DNA of 64,000 nucleotides from Microvirga sp. (GCA_035645515.1 DASQML010000030.1:67001-131000), one strand, 5' to 3'. Positions 17,587 to 26,637 are shown, counted from the stretch's first letter. The notes: a model not told the origin generated them from the sequence alone. Numbers and translations: made by a program.

Positions 17587-18807
17587 ATGGCCACGTTTCA
17601 GCAAAGCCTGCGCTATGTGTTCTACGGCGGCGTCGAGGGCGCCTACCAGAACCAGGATCTCGGCAACGACGATTTCATCTCGCCGATCTACGGCGCCAAT
17701 GTCGGCGGGTACAAGGAAGGCGAGCTGATCAGCGGCCATCTCACCTTGTCCGGCGAGGCTCTGGCGCAGGTGACATCCGTACCGCCCGGAACGGTGATCG
17801 ACCTGAACAGGACGACGCCGGGCATCAGCTTCTTCTTCGAGCAGCCCCGCGTCGGGGATTATACGCAGGCCAACATCGTCACGACGAATATCCGCATCGT
17901 GCTCGGCAGTCCGAGCGCGCCGCTTCCGTTCCTGAGCCTGACCGTCTTCGACGGCGCCGACGGTCCTGACGTGGACATCCGCGAGAGCTTCGTCGATATC
18001 CGCGACGACAACGATGCGCAGGCCCGCGCCGATGGGGTGTGGCTGCCCGCGGGCATCAAACCGCTCGTTCTCAGCGGCACGAACGGCGACAACGTGTTGC
18101 GCGGCACGGCGCAGTACAACTTTCTCAGCGGCGGCAACGGCGACGACGCGCTGATCGTGAAAGCGGGAACGGGCTGGGTCTGGGGCGGCTTCGGCCGGGA
18201 TACCATCAAGGGACACGACAGGGGCGACTTCCTGTTCGGCGGTTACGGCAACGACAAGATCCTCGGGCGCGGCGGCAACGACCTGATCCGCGGCGGCGAC
18301 GGCCGCGATGATCTCAGGGGCGAGCAGGGCAACGACACCGTGGACGGCGGTACCGGACACGATACCGTCAAAGGTGGCAGCGGCAACGATCTCCTCGGCG
18401 GCCAGGGCGGCAACGACCTGATGCTCGGCAACGACGGGCGGGATACTCTTCACGGCGGCTACGGCAACGATGTCATCAACGCCGGGAGCGGGAACGACTG
18501 GATCTACGGGGGATGGGGCGACGACCTCCTGAGAGGCGGCCCGGGCGAAGACATCTTCCTGTTCTCGTCCGGCGACGGCGGGGGCCTCGACACCGTGGCC
18601 GACTTCACGCCGGGCCAGGACCTCATCACGATCGAGAACGATCTGTTCGAAGATTTTGCGACCATGCTGGCCAACCACACGGCGCAAGTCGGCAACAATG
18701 TTCAGATCACCTACGGCCTGGGATCGGACTTTTCCGTCATCACCCTCAGAAACATCAGGATTGCCCAATTGAGCGCTGACGATTTCGGCTTCTCGCCGAA
18801 CGGGTGA
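17587..18807 (+). CDS. RTX (hemolysin-type calcium-binding repeat) secreted protein
   Basis: More than 12 consecutive GGxGxDxxx nonapeptides, for example GGYGNDKILGRGGNDLIRGGDGRDDLRGEQGNDTVDGGTGHDTVKGGSGND. No signal peptide. The ATG follows GAGGAGG. Confidence 0.85.
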   Translation: MATFQQSLRYVFYGGVEGAYQNQDLGNDDFISPIYGANVGGYKEGELISGHLTLSGEALAQVTSVPPGTVIDLNRTTPGISFFFEQPRVGDYTQANIVTTNIRIVLGSPSAPLPFLSLTVFDGADGPDVDIRESFVDIRDDNDAQARADGVWLPAGIKPLVLSGTNGDNVLRGTAQYNFLSGGNGDDALIVKAGTGWVWGGFGRDTIKGHDRGDFLFGGYGNDKILGRGGNDLIRGGDGRDDLRGEQGNDTVDGGTGHDTVKGGSGNDLLGGQGGNDLMLGNDGRDTLHGGYGNDVINAGSGNDWIYGGWGDDLLRGGPGEDIFLFSSGDGGGLDTVADFTPGQDLITIENDLFEDFATMLANHTAQVGNNVQITYGLGSDFSVITLRNIRIAQLSADDFGFSPNG

Positions 18808-18818
18808 CGATCGGTACC

Positions 18819-18843
18819 GGAACGCACGCCCTTCTCATCCGTT
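18819..18843 (+). promoter_or_regulatory. EcfG-type general-stress promoter, GGAAC-N16-CGTT (perfect consensus)
   Basis: GGAAC at 18819-18823, a 16-nt spacer, and CGTT at 18840-18843, 35 nt upstream of ATG 18878. AGGAGG sits in between. Confidence 0.5.
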
Positions 18844-18877
18844 CTCCGCTGAAGCAATCGCCTAAAGGAGGCATGCC

Positions 18878-19906
18878 ATGGATCTGTGGCGGATGATTTT
18901 GTCGGAGCACGCGAACATCGAGGAGCTCTGCCGCGAGGTGCTGGAAGCCACCGGAACGGGCCCCAACAGCCGTGCTGAGCTGTTTGCCGATCTTGAGGAC
19001 GAACTGGACCGTCACATCACGGCCAAGCAGAACGTTCTCTATCCTGCGCTCGCCCGCGACGGGCGTACGGAAACCTATCTTCACGAGCTCGACGAGGAGC
19101 ACAACGACATTCGTCGCCGGCTCGATGCGCTCTCCGCGCATCCTGACAAGAACAGCCGGCAATGGGCCCTCGACTTCAAGGAACTCGTGGGCGTGATCCG
19201 TCATGCCTTCAGCCTGGAGGAGAATGGCGCTCTGGTCGCCGCGCACGGCGTCATCTCCGCTCGCGAGGCAAACGAACTCAGGCGCGCCTATGAGCGCGAG
19301 AAGATCGCATCCTATGAGGCCTCCCGCTGGCACATGCCGCAGGCAATGATGCCGAGCCGCTACGGCATGCCCACGGGCATGACCTTCGGCATCCTGGCCG
19401 GCGTGCTCGCCATCGGTGGCGCGGCGCTGGCCTGGAGCATGTCGCGGAGCGGCCAATCGCGTGCGAACCGTCCCTTGCGTCCCGCCCCCCGCCGTCCGCA
19501 GCCGCCTTTCCCGCTCGACAGCGGCGTGGTCGATCGCTCCTTGAGCCGCCGCGGCATGGAAGGCCGCGCGTCCTCCGGAACGAGGAGCATGGCAGGCGGC
19601 ATGGGCTCGTCCAATATGGGATCGTCCGGCGGCATGGCTCCTTCACGTTCGACGGGTGGCGCATCCGGCAGCGCCGACCGATCCATGCCTGGAGACACGG
19701 GGGCGGCCGGATCGGGCGCGGGTTCTGACGAGCCCTGGTTCAATTCCGCGAACCCGCCCCACGCTCCCTCGGGTCTCTCGTCGCCGCTCCAGCCCGGCGG
19801 AACTGTTCCCGGCACCAGCCCGGCATCCTCGGTCGGATCCGTCGGGACCGGCGGCGGCCCGACCGAGAATCGCGACACGGGTTCGATGAAGGGGGAGGGG
19901 CGCTAG
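18878..19906 (+). CDS. hemerythrin-like domain protein with one TM helix and a Gly/Ser/Pro-rich disordered tail
   Basis: The N-terminal ~150 aa carry H-x3-E type motifs (SEHANIEE, EEHNDIRR, IRHAFSLEE). The TM helix is GMTFGILAGVLAIGGAALAW. The remaining ~150 aa are low complexity. Confidence 0.75.
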   Translation: MDLWRMILSEHANIEELCREVLEATGTGPNSRAELFADLEDELDRHITAKQNVLYPALARDGRTETYLHELDEEHNDIRRRLDALSAHPDKNSRQWALDFKELVGVIRHAFSLEENGALVAAHGVISAREANELRRAYEREKIASYEASRWHMPQAMMPSRYGMPTGMTFGILAGVLAIGGAALAWSMSRSGQSRANRPLRPAPRRPQPPFPLDSGVVDRSLSRRGMEGRASSGTRSMAGGMGSSNMGSSGGMAPSRSTGGASGSADRSMPGDTGAAGSGAGSDEPWFNSANPPHAPSGLSSPLQPGGTVPGTSPASSVGSVGTGGGPTENRDTGSMKGEGR

Positions 19907-19978
19907 GCCTTCCCGTGACAAGCCGCGCAGCGGGACTATATCCTCGGGCGTTCCATTCGTTGTGAAGAGAGACGCCCG

Positions 19979-20914
19979 ATGGATGATGCGGTCTGGCCCG
20001 AGCTGTCCTATCCGCAATGGCGCCAGACCGCTGCCACCCTGCAGCTCTGGACGCAGATCGTCGGCAAGATCAGGCTGGCGCTGACTCCCTGGCTCAATCA
20101 CGGCTGGCATGTGCCGCTTTATGTGAGCGCACGTGGGCTCACCACGTCGCCCATCCCGGCCGGGCGCGAGATCGTCGAGATCGAGTTCGATTTCATCGCG
20201 CACCGGCTGCTCGTGCGCACGAGCCGGGGCGATGAAGGCATTCTCGCGCTGGAGCCGCGCAGCGTCGCCGAGTTCTACGAGGAACTGCTCGACCTTCTGC
20301 GCGGCATCGGCGTGCATGTCGCTATCAACGATATGCCGAACGAGGTTGCGGATCCCATCCCCTTTTCCGAGGACCGCATCCACGCGAGCTACGATGCGGA
20401 TTCAGCCTACAGGTTCTGGCGCGTGCTGGTGCAGGCGGACCGCATCTTCAAGCTCTTCCGCAGCTCGTTCCTCGGCAAAGCCTCGCCGGTGCATTTCTTC
20501 TGGGGCAGCTTCGATCTTGCCGTCACGCGCTTTTCGGGGCGCAAGGCGCCCCCGCATCCCGGCGGCGTGCCGGGTCTGCCGGACGCCGTCACGCGCGAAG
20601 CGTATTCGGACGAGGTGAGCAGCGCAGGCTTCTGGCCGGGCAGCGATGCCTATCCGAGGGCTGCCTTCTATTCATATGCCTATCCGGAGCCACCGGGCTT
20701 TCGCGAGGCAAAAGTCCCTGAGGGCGCTTTCTTCGACACCACTTTGAGCGAGTTCATCCTGCCCTACGACACGCTACGCGAGGCAGGCGATCCCGATAGG
20801 TTGCTGCTCGACTTTCTCGGCAGCACCTATGCTGCCGCTGCGGACGCCGCCGGGTGGGACCGCGCAGCGCTGGAATGCGAGATGGGCGCTCCGGCGCGCG
20901 TCAGGCGGGTCTGA
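19979..20914 (+). CDS. DUF5996-family protein
   Basis: WPELSYPQWRQTAATLQLWTQIVGKIRLALTPWLNHGWHVPLYVSARGLTT matches my recollection of the DUF5996 N-terminus. Confidence 0.7.
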   Translation: MDDAVWPELSYPQWRQTAATLQLWTQIVGKIRLALTPWLNHGWHVPLYVSARGLTTSPIPAGREIVEIEFDFIAHRLLVRTSRGDEGILALEPRSVAEFYEELLDLLRGIGVHVAINDMPNEVADPIPFSEDRIHASYDADSAYRFWRVLVQADRIFKLFRSSFLGKASPVHFFWGSFDLAVTRFSGRKAPPHPGGVPGLPDAVTREAYSDEVSSAGFWPGSDAYPRAAFYSYAYPEPPGFREAKVPEGAFFDTTLSEFILPYDTLREAGDPDRLLLDFLGSTYAAAADAAGWDRAALECEMGAPARVRRV

Positions 20915-20917
20915 ACC

Positions 20918-21703
20918 TTATTCCGCAGCGAGGGGATGGCTCAGCGGACCGTCGATGATCACCTGCGGGCAGAAGCGGGAGCAGCGCTCGATGCGTCCGT
21001 CCACCTTGTAGATGCTGCGCAGAAGGTCAGGCGTGATCACCTCTTCCACGGAGCCGCAGCGGACCATGGTGCCGTCGTCGATCACCATCACACGGTCGGC
21101 CACCCGCATAACCTGATTGAGATCGTGCACGGCCACGATCACGCAGATGCCGCGCTCACGCGCCAGGGACTTCACGAGGGCCAGAACCTCCACCTGCCGG
21201 TGAAGATCGAGGGCGCTCGTCGGCTCGTCGAGCAGCAGGATCTTCGGATCGCGCACGAGGGTCTGAGCCAGCGACACGAGCTGCCGCTGGCCGCCGCTGA
21301 GCTCGCACAAGCCCTTGAAGGCGATGGCCTCGATCCGCAGAGCAGCCACGATTCCATCGACGGTTTCGAGATCCAGGTCGCTCACGTGACGGCTCAGGCT
21401 GCCCTGCTTGCGGGCGAGCAGGATCGACTCATACACGGTCAGCACCGTGTTCACAGAGGTATCCTGCGGCATGTAGCAGATCGTGCCCGAGGCAGGATCG
21501 AGGGAGGCGCCGGTCAGGTGAATGCGGCCGGGTCCGTCGAGAAGGCCCGCGATGCGGCGGAACAGGCTCGACTTGCCGGCGGCATTCGGGCCGATCACTG
21601 CCGTCACCTCTCCGCCTTGAAGGATGGGCGTGGTGATGCCGGAGAGAACGTCGACCGTGCCGTAGCGAACGCCGACATTCTCGAGTTTCAAGGTGGCTAC
21701 CAT
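20918..21703 (-). CDS. Fe3+-chelate/B12-type ABC transporter ATP-binding protein
   Basis: Walker A GPNAAGKSS, signature LSGGQRQ and Walker B ILLLDEPTSALD. The start ATG 21703 overlaps the permease stop. Confidence 0.9.
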   Translation of the reverse strand: MVATLKLENVGVRYGTVDVLSGITTPILQGGEVTAVIGPNAAGKSSLFRRIAGLLDGPGRIHLTGASLDPASGTICYMPQDTSVNTVLTVYESILLARKQGSLSRHVSDLDLETVDGIVAALRIEAIAFKGLCELSGGQRQLVSLAQTLVRDPKILLLDEPTSALDLHRQVEVLALVKSLARERGICVIVAVHDLNQVMRVADRVMVIDDGTMVRCGSVEEVITPDLLRSIYKVDGRIERCSRFCPQVIIDGPLSHPLAAE

Positions 21704-22761
21704 GCGCGCCTCCGCGTGGTCATGATGAGGCTGAAGAGGAAGGGCACGCCCACGAGCGCCGTGATGATGCCGATGGGAAAGATCGTGCCCGGCACGATGG
21801 TCTTGCTGATGACCGACGTGAGGGAAAGGATCGTTGCGCCGGCCAGAACGGAGACCGGCAGGAAATAGCGCTGATCCTCGCCCACCAGCATGCGGGCGAT
21901 GTGCGGGCCGACGAGGCCGATGAAGCCGATGGTGCCGACGAAGGCGACTGGCACGGCGGCGAGCAGGCTGATGATCATCATCGTCTCGAGCCGGAGCCAG
22001 CGCACATTGACGCCGAAGCTCGCCGCCTTGTCCTCGCCGAGGCGCAGAGCCGTCAGCGCCCAGGCGCGGCGCATGAAGAGCGGCAGCGACACCACGAGAA
22101 CGATGGTCGTGATCGCGAGCTTCGGCCACGTGGCGCGCGTGAGGCTGCCCATGGTCCAGAAGACGACGGCAGCAAGCGCCTGCTCGGAGGCGAGATATTG
22201 CACGAGGGCGAGCAGGGCGTTGAAGGTGAAGACGAGGGTTATGCCCAAAAGCACGATGGTTTCCACCGTCACGCCGCGCTTCTGGCTCATGAAATGGATG
22301 AACAGGGCCGCGCCCATGGCCATGAGAAGCGCGTTGATCGACACCACGTAATCGATGGCCCAGGGCAGGAAGCCGACGCCGAAGACGAGAGCGACGGAAG
22401 CGCCGAAGCTCGCGGCGGCCGAGATGCCGAGGGTAAAGGGGCTCGCCAGCGGATTGTTGAGGATCGTCTGCATCTGCGCGCCCGCTGCGGAAAGCGCTGC
22501 GCCAACGACCACGGCCATCAGCGCCACGGGCATGCGGATGTCCCAGATGACGACGCTGATCTGCTGCGAAACCTCGGGCGATCCGACGAGCGCCAGGATC
22601 ACCTCTCGCATGGAATAGCGGGCTGGGCCGAGGCCGAGATCGGCGATCACGGACAGCACCATGACGATGACGAGCGCCAAGAGCACGAGCTGCTTGCGAC
22701 GCACGAGGGCGCGGTAGACACCGCGCCCCTGCTGCAGAGAGATGGCTGGAGAATGAGCCAA
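21697..22761 (-). CDS. FecCD-family ABC permease
   Basis: Ten-TM profile, with ...NPLASPFTLGISAAASFG... and GLVGPHIARMLVG typical of FecCD/BtuC. Confidence 0.9.
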   Translation of the reverse strand: MAHSPAISLQQGRGVYRALVRRKQLVLLALVIVMVLSVIADLGLGPARYSMREVILALVGSPEVSQQISVVIWDIRMPVALMAVVVGAALSAAGAQMQTILNNPLASPFTLGISAAASFGASVALVFGVGFLPWAIDYVVSINALLMAMGAALFIHFMSQKRGVTVETIVLLGITLVFTFNALLALVQYLASEQALAAVVFWTMGSLTRATWPKLAITTIVLVVSLPLFMRRAWALTALRLGEDKAASFGVNVRWLRLETMMIISLLAAVPVAFVGTIGFIGLVGPHIARMLVGEDQRYFLPVSVLAGATILSLTSVISKTIVPGTIFPIGIITALVGVPFLFSLIMTTRRRAW

Positions 22762-22765
22762 GGGA

Positions 22766-23902
22766 TCAGTCCTTGTCCTTCAGGGAGACCCAATACCCGG
22801 TCTTGTAGGGAACGGGTAGGAAGCGCTCGTACAGCGTCTTCATGGTGGCTTCCGGGTCGACGTCCTTGAACAGCTCGGGATGCAGCCACTTCGCCATCGC
22901 CTGGATCGCCGCGAACTGGTACGGGCTGTTGTAGAACTGGTGCCAGATCGCGTGCACCTGGTTGTCGCGCACCGCCTTCACGCCGGTATAGGCGGGGCGC
23001 TTCATGAGGTTCGCGAGCTTCTGGCGCGCCTTCGCCTTGTCGGCGCCAGAGCCGACGCCGACCCATGCGCCGCCGGGCACATAGAGCTCCCAGTTGGAGC
23101 CGGTGACGATCACGTGGTCGGGATTGGCCGCGATGATCTGCTCGGGATTCACCACGCCGAAGGTGCCGGGGATGATCTTTGCCGCGAGATTCTGGCCGCC
23201 TGCGACCTCCACGAACTTGCCGAAATTCTCGTTGCCGAAGGACATGCAGCAATCGTCGGAATAGCCGCCCGCGCGCTCCATCATCACCACGGGTCTCGCC
23301 GGATTGGCCTTGGCGAGGCGCTCGGTCACGAGGTCGATCTGCGACTTGCGGAAGGCGATGAACTCCTCCGCGCGCGCTTCCTTGCCGAACAGCTTGCCGA
23401 TCAGGCGCATGCTCGGATCGGTGTTCTCAAAGGGCTTCTCGCGGAAGTCCACGAACACGACGGGAATGTTGATCTTGGCGAGCTTCTCGATGAGCTTGGC
23501 GTCGTCCGTCGCGGTCTTGGCCTCGACATTGAGCAGGATCACGTCGGGCTTGAGCGAGACCGCCTGCTCCACATCGAACGTGCCTTCCTTGAAGCCGCCG
23601 AAGGTGGGGATCTTCGCGATCTGCGGGTATTTGGCGAGATAATCCCTGTAGCCGTCGAGGTCCGCCTTCTCGAGATCGTCACGCCAGCCGACCACACGCT
23701 TGAACGGCGCATCCGTGTCGAGGGCGGCGACGAAGTACATCTGCCGCCCTTCTCCCAGAATCACCTTCTCCACCGGCACCTTGACCTGAACCTGGCGGCC
23801 GGTGATGTCCGTGACGGTGACCGTATCGGCGGCCTTGGAGGGCAGGGGCAGGAGCGCCGTCAGCGCCAGCATGGCGCCAAGAGCGAGTTTGTTCAGGTTC
23901 AT
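22766..23902 (-). CDS. periplasmic substrate-binding protein of the Fe-chelate ABC system
   Basis: Signal peptide MNLNKLALGAMLALTALLPLPSKA and cluster-8-type SBP features. It is the first gene of a three-gene operon. Confidence 0.85.
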   Translation of the reverse strand: MNLNKLALGAMLALTALLPLPSKAADTVTVTDITGRQVQVKVPVEKVILGEGRQMYFVAALDTDAPFKRVVGWRDDLEKADLDGYRDYLAKYPQIAKIPTFGGFKEGTFDVEQAVSLKPDVILLNVEAKTATDDAKLIEKLAKINIPVVFVDFREKPFENTDPSMRLIGKLFGKEARAEEFIAFRKSQIDLVTERLAKANPARPVVMMERAGGYSDDCCMSFGNENFGKFVEVAGGQNLAAKIIPGTFGVVNPEQIIAANPDHVIVTGSNWELYVPGGAWVGVGSGADKAKARQKLANLMKRPAYTGVKAVRDNQVHAIWHQFYNSPYQFAAIQAMAKWLHPELFKDVDPEATMKTLYERFLPVPYKTGYWVSLKDKD

Positions 23903-24009
23903 GAGTGCCTCGCGTTCGAAATGAAAGCGCGGCTCCATTATGGCGATTACAGGTATCCTGCAAGGAATATCTTTTAGAATTACTGTAAGGAGAGACAGTA
24001 TATATCCAG

Positions 24010-24026
24010 TTTAAAATATTTCTATT
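24010..24026. promoter_or_regulatory. candidate Irr iron-control element (ICE-like) TTTAAAATATTTCTATT
   Basis: 11 of 14 matches to TTTAGAA-N3-TTCTAAA, in an AT-rich stretch 108-124 nt upstream of the SBP start. A weaker half-site match, TTTAGAATTACTGTAAG, lies at 23973-23989. Confidence 0.3.
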
Positions 24027-24100
24027 CTGCAGTTTGTAATCATTATAGTTTGACTGCCGGAATGATGCACACTAGAGCTGCGCTGAATAATGGATTTCAG

Positions 24101-24255
24101 AGCAGCTGACATAACGCTGTCCTCATCCTGAGGAGCCTGCGTAGCAGGCGTCTCGAAGGAGAAGCCAGCGTTCTCTGGAGACGCTGCGTCCTTCGGGACG
24201 GATTGCTGACGCAACCCTCCTCAGGATGAGGCTCATGACAGCTTTGTCAGCTGCT
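24101..24255. repeat. nested-palindrome intergenic element, copy 1
   Basis: Outer inverted repeats AGCAGCTGACA (24101-24111) and TGTCAGCTGCT (24245-24255). Inner arms CCTCATCCTGAGGAG (24121-24135) and CTCCTCAGGATGAGG (24217-24231), with CGTCTCGAAGG-type inner boxes. The core is shared with copies at 49033-49133 and 63276-63385. Confidence 0.7.
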
Positions 24256-24272
24256 TTCCGACGAGTGCTGCC

Positions 24273-25064
24273 ATGACAGATGCATCCGTGATGTCGAACT
24301 ACTCCCTTCGCGACGAGATCCGCGATTACTGGTCCGCGCGGGCGGCCACCTTCGACACCCAGGTGGGACACGAAATCTTCTCCGAAGGAGAGCGGCGGGC
24401 CTGGCATGCGCTGTTCCTGCGCCATCTCGGCCCGGGTGCCGGCCGCAGGGCGCTCGATCTCGCCAGCGGCACCGGGGTGATATCCCACCTGCTGCATGAT
24501 CTCGGATTCGACGTCACCGGCCTCGACTGGTCGGAGGCGATGCTTCAACAGGCAAGAGCGAAAGCCGCAAAGCGTGGCTCCAACATCCGCTTCGTCATGG
24601 GCGATGCGGAGCGCACGCTGGAGAAGCCGGAGAGCTACGAGGTGCTTGTCACGCGCCATCTCGTGTGGACGCTCGTCGATCCCAAGGCGGCGTTTCGCGA
24701 ATGGCACAATCTGCTCAAGCCCGGCGGCAGACTCCTGATCGTCGACGGCGATTTCGTGTCGGATACATTCGCCAGACGCCTCATCCGCTTCATCGAGCGG
24801 TTTCTGCCAGGAGCAGCCGGTGCTCCGCATGCGCCCAATGCCATGCGCGAGACGCATGAGCGGATTCTGAGCCAGGTGTATTTCTCGAAAGGTGCACGCG
24901 CCGAGGAGGTGGCGGCTCTGCTGCGCGAGGCGGGCTTTGCGAAGATCAGCATCGATTACGACCTCAAGGCCATCCACCGCCAGCAGGCCAAGAACCTGCC
25001 GTGGCTGAAGGGCTTCGAGCGCGCCACGCAGCACCGCTATGCGGTAGTGGCTGAAAAGGCTTAA
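24273..25064 (+). CDS. class I SAM-dependent methyltransferase
   Basis: ALDLASGTGVISHLL (motif I) and LKPGGRLLIVD are typical of Methyltransf_11/25-type enzymes. Confidence 0.85.
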   Translation: MTDASVMSNYSLRDEIRDYWSARAATFDTQVGHEIFSEGERRAWHALFLRHLGPGAGRRALDLASGTGVISHLLHDLGFDVTGLDWSEAMLQQARAKAAKRGSNIRFVMGDAERTLEKPESYEVLVTRHLVWTLVDPKAAFREWHNLLKPGGRLLIVDGDFVSDTFARRLIRFIERFLPGAAGAPHAPNAMRETHERILSQVYFSKGARAEEVAALLREAGFAKISIDYDLKAIHRQQAKNLPWLKGFERATQHRYAVVAEKA

Positions 25065-25834
25065 GTCTCCTTGAGGTTCGTGCCCCAGCGGCGGTGCAGG
25101 AAGCGCTCCCAGGGCGAGAACAGCAGGCGGTCGACGAGAAGGCCGATCACGACGATCACGATCATGATGCCGATCACCTGCTCCATGGCATTCAGTTCGC
25201 GCCCGTAATGGAGCAGGTGGCCGAGGCCGAAGCCGGTGAGGATCGTCACGTAGATCTCCGCCGCCATCAGCGAGCGCCAGGCGAAGGCCCAGCCCTGTTT
25301 CATGCCGCTGACGAGGAAGGGCAGCGACGCAGGCAGGATCACCCGCGTCCATTTGTGAAAGCCCTCCGAGCCCATGGTGCGCGCGGCGCGGGCATAGATC
25401 GGCGGGATGTTCCTGGCCCCATGATCCGTGGCGATGATCACCGACCACACGGTGCCCATGACAACGACGAAGAGCATGGCGCCTTCCGTCTGCCCGAACC
25501 ACACGAGGGCGAGCGGCACCCAGCACACGCTGGGTAGGGTCTGGAGCCCCAGGGCGAGCGCGCCGACGGTGTCTTCCAGAAACTGCGACGTGCTGGTGAG
25601 AAGCCCGAACGGCAGGCCGATGAGCACGCCGGCGATGTAGCCGATCAGGAGGCGCTTCAGGGTCACCCAGGTGGAATCGAGAAGCGTCCCGTCGAGAAGC
25701 GCATACCAGATATATTCCGCCACATAGATCGGCGAGGGAAGCAGGACGGCGGACCAGCGCCCGCTGCGCACGGCGAGTTCCCAGATCAAGAGAAGGCCCG
25801 CGAAGAAGAGGAGGGCGACAGCAAAGCGTTTCAT
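25061..25834 (-). CDS. NitT/TauT-family (sulfonate/nitrate/taurine-type) ABC permease
   Basis: Six-TM BPD_transp_1 profile including the EAA-like ...ARTMGSEGFHKWTRVILPASLP.... Confidence 0.9.
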   Translation of the reverse strand: MKRFAVALLFFAGLLLIWELAVRSGRWSAVLLPSPIYVAEYIWYALLDGTLLDSTWVTLKRLLIGYIAGVLIGLPFGLLTSTSQFLEDTVGALALGLQTLPSVCWVPLALVWFGQTEGAMLFVVVMGTVWSVIIATDHGARNIPPIYARAARTMGSEGFHKWTRVILPASLPFLVSGMKQGWAFAWRSLMAAEIYVTILTGFGLGHLLHYGRELNAMEQVIGIMIVIVVIGLLVDRLLFSPWERFLHRRWGTNLKET

Positions 25835-26637
25835 TCGGAGACTGCTCCGCTTGGAGTGCCTTTCAGCGCGGCCGCGATCTTGAAGGCGTAGGCCGCAAGC
25901 TCGGGACTGTTGATGTCGCGCGGGCGGGGCAGGGGAATGTCGAAAATCCGGTCAATGCGCCCCGGCGAGGGCGACATGAGCACGATGCGGTCGCCCAGGC
26001 ACACAGCCTCGCGCACATTGTGCGTGACGAACACGATGGTCTTGCGGCTTTCCATCCAGATGCGCTGGATGTCGTCGTAGAGCTGGTCGCGCGTCATCGC
26101 GTCGAGTGCGGCGAAGGGCTCGTCCATCAGGAGCACGTGCGGATCGGGCGCGAGCGCGCGGGCGAGCGCCACCCGCTGCTTCATGCCGCCCGACAGTTCA
26201 TGTACGTGGGCGTGCTTGAACTTTTCGAGACCGACGAGATCGAGATATTCATTGGCGATCCTGCGGCGTTCCGCGTTGGTGAGATCGGGTCTGAGCTTGA
26301 GGCCAAACATCACGTTGCCGAAGGCGTCGAGCCAGGGAAACAGCGCGGATTCCTGGAACATCACCAGGCGCTGCCGCCCGGGACCTTCCACCACCTTCCC
26401 ATCGGCGAGGACGCGGCCCTGGTCGGGCTTGGTGAGCCCCGCGATGATGTCGAGAAGCGTGGACTTTCCGCAGCCTGAGGGGCCGAGCAGGCAGACGAAC
26501 TCGCCCTTCGCGACGGAGAGTGACACGTTGTCGAGGGCCTGCACGATGGCGCGCTTGGGCGTGAACCATTTGGACACGCCCTCGATCTCGAGCTTGGCCC
26601 GACGGGTCTCGGGCGGAACGGCAGGAGACGCCTCCAT
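25831..26637 (-). CDS. NitT/TauT-family ABC ATP-binding protein
   Basis: Walker A GPSGCGKST, signature LSGGMKQRVALARAL and Walker B VLLMDEPFAALD. ATG 26637 overlaps the SBP stop, and its own stop overlaps the permease start. Confidence 0.9.
   Translation of the reverse strand: MEASPAVPPETRRAKLEIEGVSKWFTPKRAIVQALDNVSLSVAKGEFVCLLGPSGCGKSTLLDIIAGLTKPDQGRVLADGKVVEGPGRQRLVMFQESALFPWLDAFGNVMFGLKLRPDLTNAERRRIANEYLDLVGLEKFKHAHVHELSGGMKQRVALARALAPDPHVLLMDEPFAALDAMTRDQLYDDIQRIWMESRKTIVFVTHNVREAVCLGDRIVLMSPSPGRIDRIFDIPLPRPRDINSPELAAYAFKIAAALKGTPSGAVSE

Noticed and set aside
23903-24272. Cobalamin riboswitch upstream of the FecCD/BtuF-like ABC operon.
   Set aside because: There is no B12-box (GCCACTG-like) or conserved GGGAA/CGGTG core. 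The region is an AT-rich promoter followed by a repeat element.
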